The notes: generated by a model from the sequence alone, not told the origin. Counted from the stretch's first letter, positions 47,680 to 57,757 are shown. The stretch: DNA of 60,994 nt from Thermoplasmata archaeon (GCA_033854115.1 JAWOKS010000020.1:1-60994), one strand, 5' to 3'. Program-made: numbers and translations.

Positions 47680-48423
47680 CTAGTCCGACGGCGGGCCGTC
47701 GGCCGGGCGGGGCTCGCCCGCGACCTCGGCGACGCCGAGACGGCCCTCGAGCGCCGCGATCCGCTCCTCGAGCGGCTGGAGGCTCTCCTCGAGGATCTTC
47801 GTGAGGCTCAGCTTCAGGCCTTCCTCGAGCGCCACGAGGTCGCGACCGAGGTCGATCATCCGCCGGGCGCTCTCGTTGAGGAGCAGCCGGGTCTGCGTCG
47901 CTACGCGGTAGGTGTCGGAGAGGTCCTTGCTGAGCTGGTGGGAGGAACGGGCGAACGTCTCGACCGACTCGCCGATCGGGCGCCACTTGGTGTCGAGGTC
48001 GGCGAGGACGGTGGAGGCAAGACGGTCCCGGCTCTCGGCGAGGCCGTGGTCGACCTGCTGGACGACGCGGTCCGCGAGCGTCGCGCTGAGGCCCTCGATC
48101 CGGGCCCGGACGTCCTCGCCCAGGTTCTGCTGGAGCTCCTCGAGGCGCGCGAGACGGCCCTCCACGGACTTCAGGCGGCCGCCCAACTGGCTGTAGGCCG
48201 AGCCGATGAGGTTCGAGGTCTGGGCCTGGCCGACCTCGTGGGCGCGGAGCAGCAGGTGGAGCACCCAGGGCTCCCGGCCCTTCACCTCGGCCAGCGGCCC
48301 GTGCTCGAGACGCGCCCGGAGCTCCTGGTCGTCGACCAGCGCCTGGAGCTCCTTGAGGACCTCCAGCCGGACCGCCGAAGGAGCCGGCGAGGGGGGGGCC
48401 GTGGCCGCCGGGCGACCCGCCAT
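47680..48423 (-). CDS. Hypothetical coiled-coil protein
   Basis: Long heptad-like Leu/Glu/Arg helical sequence with normal codon pattern; start uncertain. Confidence 0.7.
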   Translation of the reverse strand: MAGRPAATAPPSPAPSAVRLEVLKELQALVDDQELRARLEHGPLAEVKGREPWVLHLLLRAHEVGQAQTSNLIGSAYSQLGGRLKSVEGRLARLEELQQNLGEDVRARIEGLSATLADRVVQQVDHGLAESRDRLASTVLADLDTKWRPIGESVETFARSSHQLSKDLSDTYRVATQTRLLLNESARRMIDLGRDLVALEEGLKLSLTKILEESLQPLEERIAALEGRLGVAEVAGEPRPADGPPSD

Positions 48424-48674
48424 CGAGGACGGATGGCAGCCGCGGAAGAAAAGGGTTCGCGCGGCCTCTGGGGCGACCCGGCGGGGACGGCGCGGCGCCG
48501 GCCCCGGAACCGCCTCGGCTCCCCGAGGCCGAGGCAACCCCCCCGCGGGAGGTCAAACCCGTTCGGACATTCCCTTTATGGGACCCTGAGAACTAGTTTT
48601 CTGCCGCGAGCGTCGCTGCGGGGCTCGGAACCGCGGCGCACGGCTCGGTAACGGGCTCAGGAGTGAGGAAAGGC

Positions 48675-48851
48675 ATGCCGCGACCGGCAAAGAGCAAGGC
48701 GAAGCGACGCGTGGGCCTGGCCGTCTACCTGGAGCCGGCGATCCTCCGTCGGCTCAAGACCGCCGCCGACCGGGACCGCCGCTCCGCGTCGACCCAGGCC
48801 GCCCTCTACATCGAGCGGGGGCTCGGACTGCGACGGGTGGTCGTCACCTAG
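48675..48851 (+). CDS. Small ribbon-helix-helix (Arc/CopG-like) DNA-binding protein
   Basis: LAVYLEPAILRRLKTAADRDRRSASTQAALYIERGL matches the RHH pattern; purine-rich RBS upstream. Confidence 0.7.
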   Translation: MPRPAKSKAKRRVGLAVYLEPAILRRLKTAADRDRRSASTQAALYIERGLGLRRVVVT

Positions 48852-50047
48852 GGGGGTGGGGACGCGCCCGAGAGGCGCGGCGGGGCGGACGCCATGCTGT
48901 CGTACCCGGGACCGAGGAGCTCGCGGGCGACCACGAGGCGCCGGATCTCGGACGTGCCGGCGCCGATCTCGAGGAGCTTGGCGTCCCGGGCGAGGCGCTC
49001 GAGCGGAAGCTCGCGCATGTAGCCGTAGCCTCCGTGGATCTGGACCGCGGCGAGGGCGCCCCGCGTCGACGCCTCGCTCGCGTAGGTCAGCGCGGCCGCG
49101 CTCGCCGTGCGGCGCGCCGGGTCCCGCCCGACCTCGTCCAGGGCGGCGAGGAGCAGGAGGCGGGCGGCCGCGAGCTCCGTGTACATGTCCGCGAGCTTCG
49201 CCTGGATGAGCTCGAACTGGCCGATCTTCCGCCCGAACTGCTCGCGGGTGCGCGCGTACTCGACCGAGCGCTCGAGACACTCCTCGAGGATCCCAACCGG
49301 GATCGCCGCGAGGACGGCGCGCTCGACGTTGAGCCCGCTCATCATGATCCGGACGCCCGCGTTCTCGTCACCGAGCCGGTCGGCCGCCGGCACCCGCACG
49401 TCCCGGAAGGAGAGCTCACCGGTCGGCGAGCCGCGCATGCCCATCTTGTCGAGGCTCCGCGCGACGGCGAACCCGGGGGTGTTCGACCGGAGGAGGAACG
49501 CCGAGATCCCCCGCGCCCCCCGCTCGGGGGCCGTCTTCGCGTAGACGAGGAGGACGTCGGCCACCGGGCCGTTCGTGATGAACTGCTTCGAGCCGTTGAG
49601 GACGTAGGCGTCGCCGTCCCGGACGGCCCGCGTGCGGATCGCCACCGCGTCCGAGCCGGCATCCGGCTCGGTGAGGGCGAGGGCCCCGACCGCGCGACCG
49701 CTCGCGACGTCCGGAAGGAACCGGCGCCGCTGCTCGGGCGATCCGTTGCGCGCGACGTTGTCGGCGAAGAGGTTCGAGTGCGCGCCGACGCTCAGCGCCA
49801 GCGCGGGGCTGACGCGCGCGATCTCCTCGAGGATCAGGGCCTGCGCCCGGTAGCTGAGGTCGAGGCCGCCGACCTCCGCGGGCAGCGTGGGGCCGAGAAA
49901 CCCGTCCTCCCCGAGGCGGCGGAAGACGTCCCGGGGAAAGTGGTCCTCCCGGTCCATCCGCTCGGCGATCGGGACGACCTCGCGGCGGACGAGCTGGCGG
50001 ATCCCGTCCCGGAGCGCCCGCTCGTCGGACGAGAGCTCGAGCTCCAC
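48848..50047 (-). CDS. Acyl-CoA dehydrogenase (isovaleryl-CoA dehydrogenase-like)
   Basis: SVGAHSNL, GALALTEPDAGSD, LNGSKQFITNG, KMGMRGSPT, REQFG..IG.F, QIHGGYGY, RDAKLLEIGAGTSEI. Confidence 0.92.
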   Translation of the reverse strand: MELELSSDERALRDGIRQLVRREVVPIAERMDREDHFPRDVFRRLGEDGFLGPTLPAEVGGLDLSYRAQALILEEIARVSPALALSVGAHSNLFADNVARNGSPEQRRRFLPDVASGRAVGALALTEPDAGSDAVAIRTRAVRDGDAYVLNGSKQFITNGPVADVLLVYAKTAPERGARGISAFLLRSNTPGFAVARSLDKMGMRGSPTGELSFRDVRVPAADRLGDENAGVRIMMSGLNVERAVLAAIPVGILEECLERSVEYARTREQFGRKIGQFELIQAKLADMYTELAAARLLLLAALDEVGRDPARRTASAAALTYASEASTRGALAAVQIHGGYGYMRELPLERLARDAKLLEIGAGTSEIRRLVVARELLGPGYDSMASAPPRLSGASPPP

Positions 50048-50087
50048 GGCCCGTTCACCGCCGAGCGAGGATAACCCTTGTCGCTCG

Positions 50088-51656
50088 TCAGGGAACGCGG
50101 GCGGCCTTCGGCTCAAGCCGCTGGCCGATGTGACGGCGCCAGGCCGGTCGCGGACGGGGCCAGTCCGAGCGGTAGTGGGCGCCCCGGCTCTCGGTGCGGG
50201 CAAGCGCGGCGCGGGCGATCAGCGCCGCGGTGAGCGCGGCGTTCGCGACGGGACCCGCGGCGAGGTCGGACCGGGCCGGCTCGGATGCGCGGTCGATCGC
50301 CTCGAACCGCTCGAGCGCCGCCCCGAGCCCCTCCGCCGTGCGCACGATCCCGACCTCCTCCCACAGCCGAGACCGGATCTCCTCGAGCGTCTCGAGCTCC
50401 TCGGCCTTCCCGCCGCCCGGGCCCGGGCGGACCCGGACGAGGCGGCCCGGGGCCCGGGGGCCCCCCGCCGCCGGGGCGTGAAGCCGGCGGGCGAGCCGCT
50501 CCCCGAAGACGAGCCCCTCGACGAGCGAGTTGCTGCCGAGGCGGTTCGCGCCGTGGACGCCGGTCGCGGCCGCCTCGCCGGCGGCGTAGAGCCCGGGGAT
50601 CGACGTCCGGCCTTCGAGGTCGGTGCTGACGCCGCCGATCATGTAGTGGGCGACCGGGGCCACGGGGATCGTCTCGCGCGACGGATCGAGCCCGTAGGCG
50701 AGGAGGAAGTGGGTGATCGAGGGGAACCGGGCGAACAGGCGGTCGCGTGGCAGCGCGGTGGCGTCCAGGTTGACCCAGGGCCGGCCCGAACGCGCGATCT
50801 CCCGGTCGATCGCGCGGGTCACCACATCGCGGGGGGCGAGCTCGGCGTCCGGATGTTGGCCGACCATGAACCGCTCGCCCTTCTCGTTGCGCAGGACCGC
50901 GCCCTCGCCCCGGAGCGCCTCCGTGATGAGGAACCTCGGCGCGCCCTCCCGCGCGAAGGCGGTCGGATGGAACTGGACGAACTCCATGTCGTTCACGAGC
51001 GCCCCCGCCCGGAACGCGATCGCGATCCCCTCGCCCGTTGCGACCGGCGGGTTCGAGCTCTGGCGGTAGAGACTGCCGAGGCCGCCGGTCGCGAGCACCA
51101 CCGGCCGGGGCTCGTCGACCTCGAGCGCGCTCCCGCCCGCCCGCGAGAGCACGGCCACCACGCCGGCACGGCCCGCGGGCCGGAGCGCGCGCAGCAAGGT
51201 CCGTTCCCGCGCCTCGATCCCCGCCTCGAGCACGCGACGCTTGAGCGTCTCCTCGATCGAGGCACCGGTCGCGTCGCCCCCCGCGTGCAGGAGACGCGCC
51301 CGCGAGTGGGCCGCCTCTCGACCGAGGGTGATCCGCCCCTCGATCGTGTCGAACGGGACCCCGTAGCGCACGAGGTCCGCGATGCGGGCCGGGGCATCGC
51401 GCGTGAGCGTGCGGGCCGCCGCGGGGTCGACGAGGCCGGCGCCCGCCCTGACCGTGTCGTCGAAGTGGCGGGCGGGACTGTCGCCCGGCCCGATCGCCGC
51501 CGCGATCCCGCCCTGGGCGTAGCGGGTGTTCGAGTCCTCGAGCCGGCCCTTGGTCACGATGGTGGGCCGGAGCCCGAGCTCGCGGCAGCGGAGCGCCACG
51601 TAGAGCCCTGCGATGCCACTCCCGACGATGAGCGGGCGACCGGTCCGATCCGGCAC
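50088..51656 (-). CDS. nadB: L-aspartate oxidase
   Basis: IVGSGIAG, NTRYAQGGIAA, EAAHS..R.LH..DATG, QFHPT, LITEALRGEG, LAPRD, HYMIGG, GVHGANRLGSNSL, ESRGAH. Confidence 0.92.
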   Translation of the reverse strand: MPDRTGRPLIVGSGIAGLYVALRCRELGLRPTIVTKGRLEDSNTRYAQGGIAAAIGPGDSPARHFDDTVRAGAGLVDPAAARTLTRDAPARIADLVRYGVPFDTIEGRITLGREAAHSRARLLHAGGDATGASIEETLKRRVLEAGIEARERTLLRALRPAGRAGVVAVLSRAGGSALEVDEPRPVVLATGGLGSLYRQSSNPPVATGEGIAIAFRAGALVNDMEFVQFHPTAFAREGAPRFLITEALRGEGAVLRNEKGERFMVGQHPDAELAPRDVVTRAIDREIARSGRPWVNLDATALPRDRLFARFPSITHFLLAYGLDPSRETIPVAPVAHYMIGGVSTDLEGRTSIPGLYAAGEAAATGVHGANRLGSNSLVEGLVFGERLARRLHAPAAGGPRAPGRLVRVRPGPGGGKAEELETLEEIRSRLWEEVGIVRTAEGLGAALERFEAIDRASEPARSDLAAGPVANAALTAALIARAALARTESRGAHYRSDWPRPRPAWRRHIGQRLEPKAARVP

Positions 51657-51709
51657 GTCCGGTCGAACCCGACCGGAACTTAGGCTCTCTCGGGGCACCG
51701 CCGGCTCTT

Positions 51710-53110
51710 GTGGGAGACCGGCTCTATGGCTCCGTGGACGTCCCGGGGCCGCCCGCGGCTCTCGCCGACCTTCTCGCCCGGGTGCGGGTGGAGGAGGACC
51801 CGAGGGACTCCGGGGAGCTCGCGGCGCGCCTGCCGCTCTCGGGCGAACCGAAGGCCCTCAGCGTGAGCGATCTCCTTGCGAGCCGCCGGGCGTTCTGGCG
51901 GCGGACGGTCGGCCCCCCGCCCATCCCTCCTGAACGGGCGGAGCGCCTCGAGAGCGGCCGGCTCTGGCACCGTCGTCTCGGCGACGCGGTCGCGGGCGAC
52001 GGCCCTCTCGAGGTCCGCCTGCGCCGGGGAGGCCTCTCCGCGCGCATCGACCTCCTCGCGGACGTCCCCGTCGAGATCAAGACCGGAGAACGCGGCCTTC
52101 CCGTCGACCTCCTCCACGCGCGGCCCGAGTACGTCGAGCAGGTCGCGATCTACTGCGGCCTCGTCGGTCGATCGGCCGGCCGCCTCGTCCATCTCGTGCC
52201 GCCGACCGAGGGAGCCGCCTCGGTCGTGGCGGTCGAGATCGGCTTTCACGACTTGGCCGCGATCGAGGAGGAGACCGCGCAACGGGAGTCGGCGCTGAGG
52301 GCGGCGCTCACCTCGGAGCGACCCGAACACCTTCCCCGCTGCCGGTGGTTCGCGGCCGGCTGCGAGTTCCGCAGCGCCGGGGTCTGCGACTGCCGGGGGG
52401 ACGAGCCCGAGGCGCCGGGGACGATCGCGGACGAGGTCACCGGGGTCGTCGCACGGCCCGCGATCGAGGAACGCTGGTCCGCCGCCCTCCGCGCCCTCCC
52501 CCCCGAACCCCCGCCCCCGGTGGCCCGGTACCGGGACCTCGTCTACCCCCGCCGAGCGTACTTCGAGCGGACGCGCGGCCGCCCCGCCCCCTCAGAACCG
52601 GCCCCCGCGCGGCTCGGGCCGCCGTCCGACCTCTACGAGAGGCTCCTCACCGCCCTCGAGCGGGGCCCGGCCGGGGAGGTCCATCGCCTGCCGGGAGGTC
52701 CCGGCGCTCCCGAGGAGGAGATCCTGGCCTGGCAGGGAACTCCCTGCCTCGTCCGCACGTCGCGGGCGCGTTCGCGCCTCTCGACCCGGGAGGTGCACCT
52801 CCGCGTTCCCCAGTACGGGGTCGAGCTCGGGTTCCGGTGCGCGGCGAGCGGCACGGAGCGTGCGACGGTCGTGGTCGCGTACGAGCGGGCGGAGGCCGGC
52901 CGCCCCGCGGTGCAGGTCCTCCGTTACGAGTTCGGCGAAGGGGTCCGCGCTTTCGCCCGTCTCTGGAAGGACCGCACGGCCGCGCTCGAGGAGGCGGTGC
53001 GGGACGGTCGCCCGTCGTCCCTGCCGCCGTGCCCGGCCTGGATGGTCGAGGCGTGCCCCTACCGCGACGTCTGCGGGTGCGGGGAGTCGGTCGGTCGGTC
53101 CCAGCGATAG
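51710..53110 (+). CDS. Protein with two tandem Cas4-like PD-(D/E)XK domains
   Basis: Domain 1: SVSDLL..RRAFW, G..WH, ARIDLL..VPVEIKT, QVAIY, C....C.....C. Domain 2: RDLVYPRRAYF, QY..ELGF, C.....CPYRDVC. Confidence 0.72.
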   Translation: MGDRLYGSVDVPGPPAALADLLARVRVEEDPRDSGELAARLPLSGEPKALSVSDLLASRRAFWRRTVGPPPIPPERAERLESGRLWHRRLGDAVAGDGPLEVRLRRGGLSARIDLLADVPVEIKTGERGLPVDLLHARPEYVEQVAIYCGLVGRSAGRLVHLVPPTEGAASVVAVEIGFHDLAAIEEETAQRESALRAALTSERPEHLPRCRWFAAGCEFRSAGVCDCRGDEPEAPGTIADEVTGVVARPAIEERWSAALRALPPEPPPPVARYRDLVYPRRAYFERTRGRPAPSEPAPARLGPPSDLYERLLTALERGPAGEVHRLPGGPGAPEEEILAWQGTPCLVRTSRARSRLSTREVHLRVPQYGVELGFRCAASGTERATVVVAYERAEAGRPAVQVLRYEFGEGVRAFARLWKDRTAALEEAVRDGRPSSLPPCPAWMVEACPYRDVCGCGESVGRSQR

Positions 53111-54042
53111 ATCGTAGCGCCGTGGACCTCGCGGAAGCCGAGCTCGCGGTAGAGGGTCATCGCCGGCTCGTTCCGGACCGAGGCCCAGAGGCGGACGCTC
53201 TCGTAGCCGAGGGCAAAGAGGGCACGCAGACCCCACGTGAGCAGGAACCGGCCGAGTCCCCGGCCCCGGCGTTCGGGATCGACCATGAGGTCGAGGAAGA
53301 TCGCGCGACGGGTCGATCGCTCGCCGGTGAGGATCGCTCCGGTGAGACGGGGCGGCTCGGCCTCGACGAGCGCGACGGACGCCTCGTCGACGAACCGGCC
53401 GAGCCGGCCCTCGAGCAGGGCCTCGATCGACCGGCGGTACGCCTCGGGCTCCCGACCGATGAGGAGCTCGTCCACGGAGCCCTCGAACGCCCGGCGGTCG
53501 AGGTCGGCGAGCGCCTCCACGGTGACGGAGCGGACCGGCGTGAGGTCCACGCCCGGGGGCGGGTGCGCGGACGGCCCGGCGTCCGCGGGGCGGAGGGCAC
53601 GCTCGAGGGCCCGGCGCTCGAGGAGCGTCGAGCCGGGTTCCGCCGCGAGCTCGGCGGCGACCGCCCGCTCGAGCTCGAGGGGGAGGCCGGTGAACCCGAG
53701 GTCGAGGGAGCGGACCTCCGAGGGGAGATGGTGGAGGAGCGTGCGCGCGAGCTCGAGCGCCCGCGGAGCCCCGCCCTCCGCGGCCGCGTGGACGTGGCCG
53801 AACGCGGCCGAACCTTGGCGGGCGTAGAACGCGAGACCCCCGCCGCGGCTCGACGGAGGGAGGTACCAGCCGGGTTTCGCGCCGCTCGCGAGCTCGGCGG
53901 CCGTCTCCTCGACCCAGGCGCCGCTCGGGTCCTCGTCCCGGCGGGCGAGCTCGCGTCGCAGGTCCGCGAGGAGCTCCTCGAGGAGCGGGCGGGTCGCTCC
54001 GGCGGCGGCGTGAGGAGCTTCGGGGGCGGCGCCCGCCGTCAC
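53059..54042 (-). CDS. GNAT-family acetyltransferase
   Basis: LMVDPERRGRGLGRFLL, NEPAMTLYRELGF; GTGA overlap with prs. Confidence 0.85.
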   Translation of the reverse strand: MTAGAAPEAPHAAAGATRPLLEELLADLRRELARRDEDPSGAWVEETAAELASGAKPGWYLPPSSRGGGLAFYARQGSAAFGHVHAAAEGGAPRALELARTLLHHLPSEVRSLDLGFTGLPLELERAVAAELAAEPGSTLLERRALERALRPADAGPSAHPPPGVDLTPVRSVTVEALADLDRRAFEGSVDELLIGREPEAYRRSIEALLEGRLGRFVDEASVALVEAEPPRLTGAILTGERSTRRAIFLDLMVDPERRGRGLGRFLLTWGLRALFALGYESVRLWASVRNEPAMTLYRELGFREVHGATIYRWDRPTDSPHPQTSR

Positions 54043-54914
54043 GAGGAGAACTCGCGCACCAGGATCTGGGCGACGTCGGGGGCGACCGACCCCTTCTCGG
54101 CGGGATTGCCGAGCGTGTCGGTCGAGAGGACCTCGTCGGTCACGGCCTTGATCCGCTCGAACGCATCGCGCAGGAACAGTCCGTGGGTGCATGCCGCGGT
54201 CACCGCGCCGACCCCGTTGCGCTTCAGGAGCCGGGCGGCCTCGACGATCGTGCCGCCCGTCGTGATCACGTCGTCGACGAGGACGATGTGCTTGCCCGCG
54301 AGGGGAGGCACGGCGGTCGACGGGAGGCTCAGCTCGACGCGATCGCTGTCGAGCCGCCGCTTGTCGAGCGCGAACCAGGGCCGGTCGAGGAGCTGCGCCA
54401 TCCGGCGGGCCCGTTCGACGCCGCCCTTGTCGGGGGAGACCAGGATGTCGACCGGCCGCTCGCGGAGCAGGCGGCCGAGCGCCGGGATCCCGCTCGCCTC
54501 GAACGCGGGCTTATGGAAGTGGGTGAGGGTCTGCGAGGAGTGGAGATCGACGGTGACGACCCCGTCGGCGTCGAGCTCCACGTGACGGCACATCGCCCGG
54601 GCGCTGAGGGGCTCGCCGGGGAAGAACCGCCGGTCCTGACGGGCGTAGCCGAAGTACGGCACCACCACGAACGTCCGGCGCGCCCCGGCCTCGCGGACGG
54701 CGTCCTCGAGGAGCAGGAGCTCGAGGAGGTCCTGGTCGGTCCGCGTCGACTGGACGATCACGACATCGTCCCCCTCGAGCCGGCCGCCGACCCGGAGGTA
54801 GAGCTCGCCGTCCGGGAACCGCTTCGTGAACGGGATGCCGAACGGCGCGTTGCCGAGCTCCCGCGAGATCCGTTCCGCGAGCGCGGTCGACGCGCTGCCT
54901 CCGATGACGTGCAT
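54039..54914 (-). CDS. prs: Ribose-phosphate pyrophosphokinase
   Basis: KRFPDGE, PYFGYARQD, VDLH, SPDKGG, VDDVITTGGT, CTHG. Confidence 0.95.
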   Translation of the reverse strand: MHVIGGSASTALAERISRELGNAPFGIPFTKRFPDGELYLRVGGRLEGDDVVIVQSTRTDQDLLELLLLEDAVREAGARRTFVVVPYFGYARQDRRFFPGEPLSARAMCRHVELDADGVVTVDLHSSQTLTHFHKPAFEASGIPALGRLLRERPVDILVSPDKGGVERARRMAQLLDRPWFALDKRRLDSDRVELSLPSTAVPPLAGKHIVLVDDVITTGGTIVEAARLLKRNGVGAVTAACTHGLFLRDAFERIKAVTDEVLSTDTLGNPAEKGSVAPDVAQILVREFSS

Positions 54915-54994
54915 CGATCCCGCTCGACCTCTACGCCGACGCGGGCACCCTCGGGGCCGTTAAAGAGCGCTTCGCCTGCGGCCCGCGGGCCGAC

Positions 54995-56299
54995 CTAGGA
55001 GGCCTCGTCCTCGTCCTCCCCGTCCCCCTCCTTCGGGGGCGGACGGGCGTGCCGGCGCTCGAGGTGGGTCACGAAGTGGGCGCGCCGGCGCTGCTCGTAG
55101 GAGGCCCGTCGCGGGGCCGGCCGCACCGGTTCGACGTCGTCGTCCGGCGCCACCGGGGTCGCCTGCCAGCCGCGCATCGGTGGACGGTTGGCCGCCGGGG
55201 GCGGTGGGGGAGGCCGGCCGTCGTCCTCGGTGATCTCCTCGAGCTCCTCCTCGCGGCGCCGCTGGGGGCTGACGACGCCCCGACGGCGGAGGAGGAAGTG
55301 GATCCCCGCGGCCGCGAGGATCACTCCCGCGATGGTGAGGCCCATGAACTCCCAGGAGGCCTTGGGGACGAGGGCCGAGTTCCCGTCGAGGAGAAGCTTG
55401 AGGGCGCCGAACCAGGGGATCATCCCTCGGGCGACGCCGATCACCCAGCCGGGCTCGACGAGCGAGCTGATCGCGAGCCCCTGCTGGTCGACGACCGTGT
55501 TCGAGGTCATGTTGTCGCCGAGCGTGATGTAGCCCGAGTGGGCCCCGAGGCCGGTGGAGGGGTTGAGCGAGATGTCGATCGCGGTCGGCCGACCGCCCAA
55601 GTGGAACAGCTCGAGGTCGCCCTTGAGCTCCGTCGTCTCGCATTCCCCCGTGGTCCCGGGCGTCGCATAGACGGCTCCCGCCTGCGTGCCGCAGGGGAGC
55701 CCGGCGAGGCCCGTCGCGTTGTAGGCCTGGGTGTGGGCGTCGTACTGGAGGTAGATGATCGCGCGGTGGATGATCGGGGTCACCGAGGGGTTGCCGTTCG
55801 GATGGTAGAGCAGGACGTCCCCGGACTCTCCGTAGGTGGAGTAGCCCTGCCGGATCCCCTGGACGTAGGTGACGATCGAGCTCTGCGGGGCCTTCTGGGC
55901 GAGAACGACGTCCCCCGCGTTCAACGCCCCGAGGTGGTCACCGCTCCCGTGCTGCATGCTGTTCGACTCGATCACGTAGACGGGGGGCCAGTTGGAGGTG
56001 TAGGCGAACAGCGAAGCGAGCAGGACCGCCACGATCGCGAGCGCGACGAGCGGCTCGAAGTAGAGGGAATCGCGCGCCCGCCAGAAGACGGGGGGCCGTC
56101 GACCTTTTCGGGCCGCGGGCTCGGCCGGGTCGCCCTCGTCGTCCACGTCGCCGGACCCTGCCCACCGGCGCACGGGGGCCGGGTGGAGCGCGCTGGCCCG
56201 GCGCGAGGCCGCCCCCCGTCGTCCCCTCGCGCGCTTCTCCGAGCGGTCCGCGTCCTCCTCCAGATCGTCGAGGTCGTCGTCGTCCGCCGAGGGGGTCAT
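54995..56299 (-). CDS. Signal peptidase I (archaeal S26B, Ser/His type)
   Basis: WPPVYVIESNSMQH, GDVV, PIIHRA, YITLGDN, GVARGMIPWFG. Confidence 0.85.
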   Translation of the reverse strand: MTPSADDDDLDDLEEDADRSEKRARGRRGAASRRASALHPAPVRRWAGSGDVDDEGDPAEPAARKGRRPPVFWRARDSLYFEPLVALAIVAVLLASLFAYTSNWPPVYVIESNSMQHGSGDHLGALNAGDVVLAQKAPQSSIVTYVQGIRQGYSTYGESGDVLLYHPNGNPSVTPIIHRAIIYLQYDAHTQAYNATGLAGLPCGTQAGAVYATPGTTGECETTELKGDLELFHLGGRPTAIDISLNPSTGLGAHSGYITLGDNMTSNTVVDQQGLAISSLVEPGWVIGVARGMIPWFGALKLLLDGNSALVPKASWEFMGLTIAGVILAAAGIHFLLRRRGVVSPQRRREEELEEITEDDGRPPPPPPAANRPPMRGWQATPVAPDDDVEPVRPAPRRASYEQRRRAHFVTHLERRHARPPPKEGDGEDEDEAS

Positions 56300-56523
56300 T
56301 CGCCCCCCCTCCCCTCTCACCCCGCTTAACGCTTGGCGTGGAAGCGGACGAGAGACGCCGCACGCCGAAATCCCGCCGGCTGGACCCCGGGGCTCCACGT
56401 CTACGGGAGGCGGTCGCTTCATCGCAGTGAAGCTCAGATTTAACGGCCTTCGCGCCCGTTTGCGTCCGTATGTGCCCGGGGGGCCAACCGAATCTCCCGA
56501 TCGCCGAGACCTCGGTGCCGGCC

Positions 56524-56970
56524 ATGATCGAGATCGAGCGCCACGCCCGTCGCCACGATGCGGCCGACGCCGACCTCGCTTGGGAGGAGGACTCGCTCAC
56601 GCGCTGGCGCGCGGTCGCCCTCTTCGGGGGGCTGATCGCCGCGGAGGGCCTCCTCTACTCGAGGTTCGGGATCATCTACATCGCCGTCGCCGCTCTCGCT
56701 CTGCTCGTCGGAGCGTTGATCGTCCCGGCGGTCGGCCGGGAGTACGGCTGGGCGCTCGTCGTGGCCTCGCTCCTCGCGCTCGCGGTGGGGCTCCTCCCCC
56801 TCGTGGCGGGCTCGTTCTTCACGGTGGTCTCCGCGCCGGTTCCGCTCGGTCCGACGCTCGCGGGCGAAGGCACGGTTCTCGTTGGAGCGGTCCTGACCGC
56901 GGGCGGGATCACGGCGCTTGCGTTCGGGCTGGCCGGCTCGATCCGGATCTCGCGAAGACTCGACGCGTAG
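56524..56970 (+). CDS. Hypothetical membrane protein (about 4 TM)
   Basis: Hydrophobic segments; start may be 56470. Confidence 0.65.
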   Translation: MIEIERHARRHDAADADLAWEEDSLTRWRAVALFGGLIAAEGLLYSRFGIIYIAVAALALLVGALIVPAVGREYGWALVVASLLALAVGLLPLVAGSFFTVVSAPVPLGPTLAGEGTVLVGAVLTAGGITALAFGLAGSIRISRRLDA

Positions 56971-57127
56971 TCCGGGTCCGCGCGCCGCGCCCCCGGTCCT
57001 CCCCGCCGTCGCTCGTCGCTCCGGGGCAACGGGGGGCCGGCGGCCGGTTCGTACGCCCGTCGGGCTCCGGTGTGAGTGAACCGTTATGCCTCACCGTGCC
57101 ACCTCCTCACGGTTCCCGGGGACGGCC

Positions 57128-57757
57128 GTGCGAACGATCGACATCTCGATGCCGCTCTTCGACGGCATGCCCTCGTTCCCGGGCGATCCGCCGTTCCGCT
57201 CGTCGCGCGTGCAGCGGCTCGAGGACGGCGCGCCGTACAATCTCTCGAGCCTCACGCTCTCGACCCATGCCGGCACCCATCTCGACCCGCCGTCCCACTT
57301 CGTCTCGGAGGGGCTCGCGATCGACGGGATCGACCTCGACACGCTCTCGGGACCGTGCGTCGTGCTCGAGGTCCCTCCGCGCTGCACGTCGGTCGGGGCC
57401 CCGGAGCTCGAGAAGCTGCCCCCCGGGGTGCAGCGCGTCCTCCTGCGGACCTCGAACTCGTTGCGGTGGGCCGAGCGGCTCGAGTTCTTCCCCGACTTCG
57501 TGGGGATCGAGCTCCCCGCGGCCCGGCTCCTCACCGAGCGGGGCGTGCGTCTCGTCGGGATCGACGCGCTCTCGATCGAGACCGACCGGACCGAAACGTA
57601 CCCGGTGCACCGGGAGCTCCTCGGCCGGGGGATCCTGATCCTCGAGGGCCTGCTGCTCGCCGAGGCGAGCCCCGGCGCCTACGAGCTCGCGTGCCTGCCG
57701 CTCGCGCTACGCGGGGGCGACGGGGGGCCGGCGCGCGCCGTCCTGCGCACGCTCTAG
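57128..57757 (+). CDS. Kynurenine formamidase / cyclase-family metallohydrolase
   Basis: IDISMPL, FPGDP, HAGTHLDPPSH, VGIDALS, H..LL...I.ILEGL, GDGGPARA. Confidence 0.88.
   Translation: MRTIDISMPLFDGMPSFPGDPPFRSSRVQRLEDGAPYNLSSLTLSTHAGTHLDPPSHFVSEGLAIDGIDLDTLSGPCVVLEVPPRCTSVGAPELEKLPPGVQRVLLRTSNSLRWAERLEFFPDFVGIELPAARLLTERGVRLVGIDALSIETDRTETYPVHRELLGRGILILEGLLLAEASPGAYELACLPLALRGGDGGPARAVLRTL

Noticed and set aside
41812-53110. CRISPR-Cas system suggested by two Cas4-like genes
   Set aside because: No repeat-spacer array, cas1/cas2 or effector genes seen in the window.
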